A stretch of DNA of 64,000 nucleotides, from the IMG/VR virus record IMGVR_UViG_3300036715_002842, positions 32,001 through 96,000 of that record; one strand, given 5' to 3'. The DNA is from a virus. The translations under genes and the position numbers were made by a program. Positions 16,827-23,380 of this stretch are shown here, piece by piece. Below the pieces are notes generated by a model. It ran no database searches and was not told where the DNA came from. It saw only the letters and a list, made by a program, of their open reading frames with translations. Position 1 is the stretch's first letter. The number at the start of each line of letters is the position of its first letter.

Positions 16827-17105
16827 CTAACTAGCGAGCGGCAGCTTTTCAATTTCTGCCATGAATGAAGGTGGGGTTGTGAAAGCTGCCGCTCGAGGTA
16901 TCTTAAAGTACGGATCGGTAAATCCGATGGCACCTTCAGAGATGGCATCCTTAATAAGGAACCGTGGAGTGTCCAGGATGACCAGAGTTTCGTTCTTCCA
17001 CTCTTCCGGATACTCTAGAACGAACTGAGCAATAGCGTGCCCAGCTTGAGACATCTTTTGTCCGAAAGAAAGTTTTTCGTCGATCAGAATGTAGAGCTTA
17101 GTCAT
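16827..17105 (-). CDS. Pth2-like peptidyl-tRNA hydrolase
   Basis: KLYILIDEKLSFGQKMSQAGHA, WKNETLVIL, FTDP and C-terminal KLPL match the phage Pth2-type pattern. GAGG RBS before ATG 17105. Confidence 0.75.
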   Translation of the reverse strand: MTKLYILIDEKLSFGQKMSQAGHAIAQFVLEYPEEWKNETLVILDTPRFLIKDAISEGAIGFTDPYFKIPRAAAFTTPPSFMAEIEKLPLAS

Positions 17106-17409
17106 CGCTTTCCTCGTCTTCATCGTTCTTCTTGATGAGATAGGGTTTGAGAGGGTCCATATAAATGACCCCATCCTTCTTGAACGCTTCCTCGATTGCA
17201 GACATGGGAAACTTGAAAGTGTAATAGTTGTCGTTACAACTGTAAGAACAACGGCAAGGATTCACTTCCCGAATATTCGCGATAAGATGGTCACCCTCCA
17301 TTCGAAATCCCTGCAACCTAAAGTTGCTGAAGAGCTTGGAGTGATAGAAGGCGTCCTTGAGCTTCTGTTCAAACTTCTTCGTGGCTTGAAGGGTTTCGGT
17401 GTAAGACAT
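17098..17409 (-). CDS. Hypothetical protein
   Basis: GGAG RBS before ATG 17409; overlaps the Pth2-like start. Confidence 0.65.
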   Translation of the reverse strand: MSYTETLQATKKFEQKLKDAFYHSKLFSNFRLQGFRMEGDHLIANIREVNPCRCSYSCNDNYYTFKFPMSAIEEAFKKDGVIYMDPLKPYLIKKNDEDEESDD

Positions 17410-17499
17410 TGGAATTCTCCACAAGTTGTAAAAGTTGATTGACAAACCGGATATGCAGCTCCGTTAACATCCTCTTCAAAGGCTTGCTGTCTAACCTCT

Positions 17500-17673
17500 T
17501 CAGATTGTGGGATGGTAATCCTTTCCAGCAATCTTTACCCAGTTTGACATTCCAATCAAGAGGTGACCGTGCTGAGAAGGGGAGAAGGGGACTAGCCCCT
17601 TCCCATCACAGTGCAGACTTGGCTTAGACGATTCGAAGACCGTCCGGCAACCAAGACAGATCCACTCTTTCAT
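17500..17673 (-). CDS. Small Cys-containing protein (57 aa, not in the ORF track)
   Basis: TGATG coupling to the upstream gene; MKEWICLGCRTVFESSKPSLHCDGKG... Confidence 0.5.
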   Translation of the reverse strand: MKEWICLGCRTVFESSKPSLHCDGKGLVPFSPSQHGHLLIGMSNWVKIAGKDYHPTI

Positions 17674-18119
17674 CACTTCCCCTCTTGCATGTCGAGGAGG
17701 ATCTGCGTACTCAGACCCTGCTGGAAGTCCAGAGTCTCCTTACGGAAACGCTTCTTCTCTTCCCAAGCGGCGATGTCCTCAGCAATCATTTCCTTCCATT
17801 CCGCGAGCTGGCGCTGAGAATAGTGGTCGGCTTGCTTGTGGAAGTAAGAACGGCTGGGATTCCGGTTGGGCTCGATCTGCTCGAGGGTACGTCCACGGAG
17901 AAGGCAGTAAGCGATGTGCTTCGCTCTCCAATTCTGATCGTCGCAGCTGTAGAAGTTCTCGGGCTTGATTGCCAGGAGCTTGGCGCGAAGTTCTTCCTGT
18001 TGCTCCCCGGGAATGGAAGGCTTGAAGGTGGCATCGTAACGCCGTTCCCAATGCCTGCAAGCCACTTCGTGCTTGAGCTCTGCCTTGATGGTTGCGATCA
18101 GTTCTTTGTAAGTGGTCAT
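17673..18119 (-). CDS. Phage protein of unknown function (RAKHIAYCLLRGRTLEQIE motif)
   Basis: GGAG RBS. I recall this motif from phage proteins found near Pth2-like genes, but that recollection is unverified. Confidence 0.75.
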   Translation of the reverse strand: MTTYKELIATIKAELKHEVACRHWERRYDATFKPSIPGEQQEELRAKLLAIKPENFYSCDDQNWRAKHIAYCLLRGRTLEQIEPNRNPSRSYFHKQADHYSQRQLAEWKEMIAEDIAAWEEKKRFRKETLDFQQGLSTQILLDMQEGK

Positions 18120-18121
18120 TA

Positions 18122-18173
18122 GATTCTCCGAAATTTGAAAAGTTTGAGAAAAGGTTTTCGAATTTGGAGAATC
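18122..18173 (-). promoter_or_regulatory. RBS-sequestering hairpin
   Basis: GATTCTCC (18166-18173) pairs with GGAGAATC (18122-18129), which contains the RBS of the 148-aa gene. Further pairing is possible inside the loop region. Confidence 0.7.
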
Positions 18174-18198
18174 ACTAAGGTGGGCGGTTCTACGTCAT
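18172..18198 (-). other. Leader minigene 2: ATG ACG TAG (readthrough MT*NRPP then TAG TGA)
   Basis: AAGGAG RBS 6 nt upstream of the ATG. Confidence 0.7.
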
Positions 18199-18219
18199 CG
18201 TAGGCTCCTTTACGAACAG

Positions 18220-18260
18220 AAAAAACCCAACAGAGGCTGCTGGGCAGCTGATCCGTTGGG
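18220..18260 (-). terminator. Intrinsic terminator/attenuator in the leader
   Basis: CCCAACGGA/TCTGTTGGG stem with an inner GCTGC/GCAGC hairpin, followed by T6. Confidence 0.75.
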
Positions 18261-18320
18261 GAGGAAGTGTTCTTGCGAACACAGATTTTTGTGGTGTGGC
18301 AAAACTTTGGAGCCGCGAAT

Positions 18321-18329
18321 CTACTTCAT
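18321..18329 (-). other. Leader minigene 1: ATG AAG TAG (readthrough open to TAA at 18210-18212)
   Basis: GAGGGA RBS 7 nt upstream; 36 further sense codons span the terminator. Confidence 0.65.
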
Positions 18330-18342
18330 GGTCTTGTCCCTC

Positions 18343-18380
18343 AAATGGTTGGTACTACCCAAAATGGTTGGTACTACCCA
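18343..18380. repeat. Two tandem copies of AAATGGTTGGTACTACCCA (19 bp)
   Basis: Seen directly, immediately downstream of the predicted transcription start. Confidence 0.85.
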
Positions 18381-18387
18381 AAGACTA

Positions 18388-18416
18388 ATTATAACCCCGG
18401 ATCTTTCGTTTGCCAA
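18388..18416 (-). promoter_or_regulatory. Sigma70-type promoter of the Pth2 operon
   Basis: TTGGCA-N17-TATAAT. Confidence 0.75.
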
Positions 18417-18480
18417 GGTTTGACGGAAAAATTATTTTACCCTTGGCTTCATGGTTACATATCAGTGACGATCTTGATGG

Positions 18481-19518
18481 TCATGGCTGACTCCCAGAAG
18501 TAAGGACGTTTCGTTCCATGGGCTGACCGTGCATCCAGTGTTTCACGGTCTGGACATGGGAGGCCCGGACGAACTTCCCAACCTTGACCCGAAACTCAGA
18601 GAAGGGGAATGCCTCGGCCACCCGGACCACATAGCCCTCCTGGCGATCCCATTTGCGCTTGTCCCACAAGGCGCGGATGGCCTTTTCGTCATAGATTCCG
18701 TCGTAGAGTACGGGAACAGGAGTAATCCCCAACAGGGCAAACCATTCCAGCGTCTCGTCCCAGGGGAGGCAGATGTTCCGGTCATCCCAGATGGAGAACC
18801 CAAGCAGGTAGCTGGGAAGGCCGTCGTAGCCGATGGAATGCTTGGCGTAGAGGTTTTCGCCGCACACTCGCCATCCTTCCGGGATGTCCATACGGATCTG
18901 GGACCAGAATTGCTTGACCCAGTTCCGGCTGGGGTGACTGCGCCCATCCAGGCTCCGAGCGTGGATGTGATCCTGGTAGAGGGACGTGTTTTCTCCGTCC
19001 ATTTTCTCGGTAACGATCACCCGCTTCCCTGCGAGGGCTGCGGTGGAATCCATCATTCGGTCGTCGTCGTTCATTCCCTCCGACCATGGCAGATGGTGGG
19101 TCCTGGGATACTTGACCCAGTGGGTGAATAGGCTAAGAACGCCGCCAATGGCGAGCACCTTCTGAACGCTCTCGTCATGGAACAACTCCCCCTTGAGGCG
19201 CTGGCCATTGGGGAGGATGGGATTCCCCCACTTGTCATAAGGCTGGTCCGCGTAGAGATGTGGTGGGAGCAAAGATTTGGTGATCCCGCAGGCGTTACGA
19301 ACATCCTCGGTGGAGATCTCTGTGGTTTCGCACCGCATGTGGTGATCGCCACAAACGGAAGCGCCGTTGTCGAGGTAGTAGCCTCCGTCCGGCCACAGTC
19401 TGCGTTCCAGGATGTGGTGGGCGTCCGCAGCAGGTTCCCCGCAGAAGACACAGCGGCCCTTGGCGCGAGCAAACACGGCCTCGCGGAAAGCGTCTCTGGT
19501 TAGCAGCAGGGCGTTCAT
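18481..19518 (-). CDS. HNH domain fused to an ATP-dependent RNA ligase (Rnl2-like)
   Basis: N-terminal CVFC...DAHHI...NGASVCGDHH HNH motif. KYPRTHHLPWS, TEKMDGEN (motif I), GENLYAKHSI, EGYVVR and KFVR ligase motifs. Confidence 0.88.
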   Translation of the reverse strand: MNALLLTRDAFREAVFARAKGRCVFCGEPAADAHHILERRLWPDGGYYLDNGASVCGDHHMRCETTEISTEDVRNACGITKSLLPPHLYADQPYDKWGNPILPNGQRLKGELFHDESVQKVLAIGGVLSLFTHWVKYPRTHHLPWSEGMNDDDRMMDSTAALAGKRVIVTEKMDGENTSLYQDHIHARSLDGRSHPSRNWVKQFWSQIRMDIPEGWRVCGENLYAKHSIGYDGLPSYLLGFSIWDDRNICLPWDETLEWFALLGITPVPVLYDGIYDEKAIRALWDKRKWDRQEGYVVRVAEAFPFSEFRVKVGKFVRASHVQTVKHWMHGQPMERNVLTSGSQP

Positions 19519-19639
19519 TGGGTGGTTCCTTTCGAGTTGGATTCATTACATTTCAGACGCTACCGTATGGCGTACCTGTGGGTGTATCCCCTTGAATTCT
19601 GGCTCGTAGTGTTTCAAAGCGGTTTCACTCTTAAAAAAG

Positions 19640-19711
19640 TCCCCACGGTGGTAGTCGAAACCACGACACAGTGTTTTAGAAGCACCTGCTCTACCGTTGA
19701 GCTACGTGGGG
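19640..19711 (-). tRNA. Amber-suppressor tRNA (anticodon CUA), CCA not encoded
   Basis: CCCCACG TA GCTC AACGGTA GAGC A GGTGC TTCTAAA ACACT GTGTC GTGGT TTCGACT ACCAC CGTGGGG A. Canonical spacing places CUA at 34-36. Confidence 0.85.
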
Positions 19712-19730
19712 AAAGATCTGCTACCTAGAA

Positions 19731-19758
19731 AGAATAACCTTGAATTTTGAATTGTCAA
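19731..19758 (-). promoter_or_regulatory. Sigma70-type promoter of the suppressor tRNA
   Basis: TTGACA-N16-TATTCT, about 20 nt upstream of the tRNA. Confidence 0.75.
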
Positions 19759-19770
19759 TCCGAAATTATG

Positions 19771-19797
19771 AAAAAGCGACCAGTTCTCTGGTCGCTC
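19771..19797 (-). terminator. Intrinsic terminator after the actin-like gene
   Basis: AGCGACCAG-AGAA-CTGGTCGCT followed by a T-run. Confidence 0.7.
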
Positions 19798-19825
19798 TTA
19801 AGAACAGGAAGAAAAGTTAAATTAT

Positions 19826-20815
19826 CTATTCATCTGAGTGCGCCAGGGCAGCGAACAGGCACCCCTTCGCGATAGCCTTCAGAGGATCCTCAGCACGAAC
19901 TACCTTGCCAATCTTGATGGGGAGGTTCTGCGCCTTGAGAGCCTCTTCGAACAGTTCGATGAACCCGCCGGGAAGAGAGGTTCCACCTGCGACTGCGATC
20001 TTGGGCGGCTTCTGGAAGTCTGGTAGCTTCGCCATGCCAAGGAGTTTGTCCTTGATTTGCTTGGCTACGTACTCCAACATCGCCTTGTAGTAGTACGAAA
20101 TGGCTTCCTCGGTCTGATCCTTGGGCTTGCGGAGATCAATGATCCCCTCCTTTGCGAGCATAGCCTTGACCGTGGAGATACCCAGAGAGGTGGAAACGTT
20201 CTTGTCAATGTAGTCACCGGAACGGGCTACGGAGAAGTTGAAGGCTTCCACACTCAATTGTGCGCAGCAGACATTGCACATGCCAGCGCCCCACGAAACA
20301 CCAAAGCCAGAAAGATTGTCCTCGAGGAGTTCACTGTAAATGACCGACAGACCTTCATTGAGTGGTACTGGAGTGTAACCCATGTCGGTTAGGATCTTGT
20401 TGAACACATTCGAGTGGTAAACTGCATTGAACTCCTGATCGACTGGATCCCCTGGGACGGAGTAGACCACCTTTTCTTTCTTGGTGGCAGGAGCCCCAAG
20501 GGACTCTTTGATGATCGCCTGGATGATTGGCAGCGCCTTAATCTCATGGGGATTGAGAACACCTTGCGACATAGGTCGCTTGGGCTCACTGTTGAAAGCG
20601 CTAGCGAGCTCCAGTGCCTGCTGACCTAAAGCAGAAATTTCCCCCTCAAGTTCCACGTAAGGTGCACCCACCTTCTTGAGCATCGATTTTACGAAGGGGG
20701 ATTTCTCTACTGGTACGAAGATATTGCGGAAAGCTTTGTACTCGAAGCTCTCCCCATCTGCACCAACCCTCGCAGCTACGATATTTCCAGTTCCCAAATC
20801 TAGTCCACAGGGCAT
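19826..20815 (-). CDS. Actin-like ATPase (MreB/FtsA/ParM superfamily)
   Basis: GLDLGTGN (phosphate 1), LNEG, SWGAGMCNV (phosphate 2), VAGGTS (adenosine) and DPLKAIAKG. Confidence 0.88.
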   Translation of the reverse strand: MPCGLDLGTGNIVAARVGADGESFEYKAFRNIFVPVEKSPFVKSMLKKVGAPYVELEGEISALGQQALELASAFNSEPKRPMSQGVLNPHEIKALPIIQAIIKESLGAPATKKEKVVYSVPGDPVDQEFNAVYHSNVFNKILTDMGYTPVPLNEGLSVIYSELLEDNLSGFGVSWGAGMCNVCCAQLSVEAFNFSVARSGDYIDKNVSTSLGISTVKAMLAKEGIIDLRKPKDQTEEAISYYYKAMLEYVAKQIKDKLLGMAKLPDFQKPPKIAVAGGTSLPGGFIELFEEALKAQNLPIKIGKVVRAEDPLKAIAKGCLFAALAHSDE

Positions 20816-20880
20816 ACGGACTCCTCTGAATTTTTAACCTTCTTGGCTCTTCTTTTGAATCTCGAATCTTTTATCGCAGA

Positions 20881-21408
20881 TCATTGAGCGGATTTCCTCA
20901 GTTTTGCCTTGAGGTCTGATAAGGACCCGACCTTCGATTTTGATTCTTCCATGGATATCTGAATATCTTCCACACCTTTAATGCTTGGTACGAAAACATC
21001 GATTGGGCTATCTTTCGAGATTTGAGAAGAAGGGGTACCCCCATTAATTACAAGTGCACCAAGTGCTTCGAGAAGATCCGCTTTTGTAAGTCCAGTAGGT
21101 TGAGGTGTCGGCATTTCCCTTGGCAGAGTTGCCAGATGCTCCCCCACGACTTCTTTGAGCATACTTCTCAGATCTTCTCGATCAATGGTAGGTACTACTG
21201 GGGAAGGTGGCACTGGATCTGCTAGATCCAGGAACTCGAAGGAGAAGATGGTTCCCATCGTCTGCCAATCGGGTGGGAGAGATGCGGCCGAGACCACCAC
21301 CCAGGTTCCAGGTTCCAGAAACTTATTGGCTATCCAGGCGCCAATCGAACCAGACTGGCTACGGTGAGAGATGTTGGTGATTTTGACCAATCGTTCCATT
21401 AATGGCAC
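20881..21408 (-). CDS. Hypothetical protein
   Basis: In the operon directly upstream of the actin-like gene. Confidence 0.65.
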   Translation of the reverse strand: MPLMERLVKITNISHRSQSGSIGAWIANKFLEPGTWVVVSAASLPPDWQTMGTIFSFEFLDLADPVPPSPVVPTIDREDLRSMLKEVVGEHLATLPREMPTPQPTGLTKADLLEALGALVINGGTPSSQISKDSPIDVFVPSIKGVEDIQISMEESKSKVGSLSDLKAKLRKSAQ

Positions 21409-21698
21409 TTTTCAAAGATTCGAAGGTCGCCCAGATCGAACGAGACCTGTATTCCGAACGAGTCCTTCGCAGCTTTTTCTAACTTTGCAACCAGAACGTG
21501 AACTGGAGGATCTACGGAGTTGTCACACTCACCCCGCTTTATTTCCAGGATTCTTGAGGACTTGAAGCAAAGATAGAAGGATTCTTCATCAAATTCCATA
21601 TAAAACGGGGAAGTAGCCATTCCCACCCGGTAATTGATATCCGGGGACCATTTGAAATATCTTTGTGAAACGGTTTTCATAAGTTCACGAATTTTCAT
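21399..21698 (-). CDS. Hypothetical protein
   Basis: Overlaps both neighbours on the same strand. Confidence 0.55.
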   Translation of the reverse strand: MKIRELMKTVSQRYFKWSPDINYRVGMATSPFYMEFDEESFYLCFKSSRILEIKRGECDNSVDPPVHVLVAKLEKAAKDSFGIQVSFDLGDLRIFEKCH

Positions 21699-23380
21699 AT
21701 TTTCACCAATTCAAATTTTAATTGTCCGCAATCCCAGATTCGAAGGATTCCCGCTTGATCCATAATTTCTTTCTGCGTTCCAGAAAGGTGTGGAAATCTC
21801 TTTGATAACTTATCGTGTGTGTAGTTCAAACGGTTGATTCTGAAGTCTCTGAAATTTTCAAAACCATGAAAACTGGGCGGAATTTCACCCACAAGACTGA
21901 AACCAGTTTTTAGATACAATTCCCCACGACTCCAACATCCATCAGCAAAGGTGTAAATTCTTTTCCAATTTACCTTTCTTTTGAAGTGTTCGAGAAGTTT
22001 AGAAAATCCACCTACAACACTGCAAGAGGTTGCGTAACGATTGAGATCGTAGGACCCATTTCCCATGGATTTGAGGGTTAACATCGCAACGAGAGCACCC
22101 CCATTCTGAAGCGCGTAGGTTATCGAACCAGCGCCATCCCCTTTGATATGATTTGTCTCATAGAAACTCTTCTTTTGCTGTGAAGTTGGAATTAAGATTG
22201 AACATTTTCTAGCAAAAACTCTTTCTTTTTCTAATCCAACGAAAGCTCGAATTTTCTTTTCAAGTAGGGTTCTCTTAAGTAACCAATCATCCGACCAGAT
22301 ATGAATCAACCTAATTCCCAACCGTTCACATTCGAGGGTCTTTTCGTGGTGGTACTCTGGTTTTTGATGGAGTTCTGAATGCCAGTAAAGACCGTTGTAT
22401 TCAAAAGCTAGTTTGAAATCTGGTAGATAAACATCTATTTCTTTTCTAGATTCAGAAATCTTACCCACCATTTTCGCTAGTTTCTGAAAAGATAACCTTG
22501 CTATCGTTTTCAATTCTAGAGAATCTATGAAGTCAATGAAAGATCTTTCTTCCGCACTACTTCCCTGGTTAGCAAAACCTCTTAACTCCAAATTGGAGTA
22601 TTTCCAGAAGTAATTCGAAGCACCTGCCGCGTTGATTCCAAGTTCAGCTGCAATCTGATCAATACTTCTTTGTTTGTTGCAATACTCTTCTTTCCAGAAT
22701 TCTTCTGAAGTAATTTTTTCGATGATTGCTTGAGGAAGCTTAGGTCTTTGAACAATTCTGCGTCCCCTCGAACTCTGGATAAAATGGGCCACACCATACT
22801 TTCTTAGACTAGTCTCCCTACTTTTCAACTTTATTGATTCAAGTACCGCTGGATTTTCTACCCCATATTTCTGTAAACAGGTGGCTTTCATCTTTAATCT
22901 TATTGATTTTTGTAAGTCAACATTTTTCAATTTCTCCGATATTTTTTCTTTGACTTCCACCGCCTGACTAGCGTTTTCAACTCCAAACCTTTCCAAGTTA
23001 GTTTCTTTCATTCGTTGCTTAACTATATCGGATTGAGCTGGGTGATGAGTTCCATAGTGATTTTGAGAAGTTTCGGCTTTCTTCTTCTTAACTATATCAG
23101 ATTGACTAGCATTTTCAACTCCGAACCGTTCCAAGTTCGTTTCTTTCATTCGTTGCTTAACTATATCAGATTGACTAGCATTTTCAACTCCGAACCGTTC
23201 TAAGTTCGTTTTTCTACACTTGTCAAGAATTTCTTCTTTAGAGGTCTCTAAAATTCGAAGTCTACTTTCACTTTTTCTTTTTCTTGTTGCTGGACAAGAG
23301 TTTGCGGATTTTCCACATCGAGAAGGTTTTTCCGGTGGAAACACCGCAATTAAACCACACCCATACTTACACAACTTCAT
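21695..23380 (-). CDS. Putative free-standing homing endonuclease (Hef-like: 23-aa repeats plus a PD-(D/E)xK/Vsr-like domain)
   Basis: TNLERFGVENASQ repeats (69-bp period, about 22960-23215), EIDVYLPDFKLAFEYNGLYWHS, LIHIWSDDW, RIWDCGQ; AT-rich. Confidence 0.8.
   Translation of the reverse strand: MKLCKYGCGLIAVFPPEKPSRCGKSANSCPATRKRKSESRLRILETSKEEILDKCRKTNLERFGVENASQSDIVKQRMKETNLERFGVENASQSDIVKKKKAETSQNHYGTHHPAQSDIVKQRMKETNLERFGVENASQAVEVKEKISEKLKNVDLQKSIRLKMKATCLQKYGVENPAVLESIKLKSRETSLRKYGVAHFIQSSRGRRIVQRPKLPQAIIEKITSEEFWKEEYCNKQRSIDQIAAELGINAAGASNYFWKYSNLELRGFANQGSSAEERSFIDFIDSLELKTIARLSFQKLAKMVGKISESRKEIDVYLPDFKLAFEYNGLYWHSELHQKPEYHHEKTLECERLGIRLIHIWSDDWLLKRTLLEKKIRAFVGLEKERVFARKCSILIPTSQQKKSFYETNHIKGDGAGSITYALQNGGALVAMLTLKSMGNGSYDLNRYATSCSVVGGFSKLLEHFKRKVNWKRIYTFADGCWSRGELYLKTGFSLVGEIPPSFHGFENFRDFRINRLNYTHDKLSKRFPHLSGTQKEIMDQAGILRIWDCGQLKFELVKI

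Noticed and set aside
19640-19711. Reading this tRNA as Arg(UCU)
   Set aside because: That register gives only two anticodon-stem pairs and breaks the canonical spacing from the D arm, whereas the CUA register gives four pairs.
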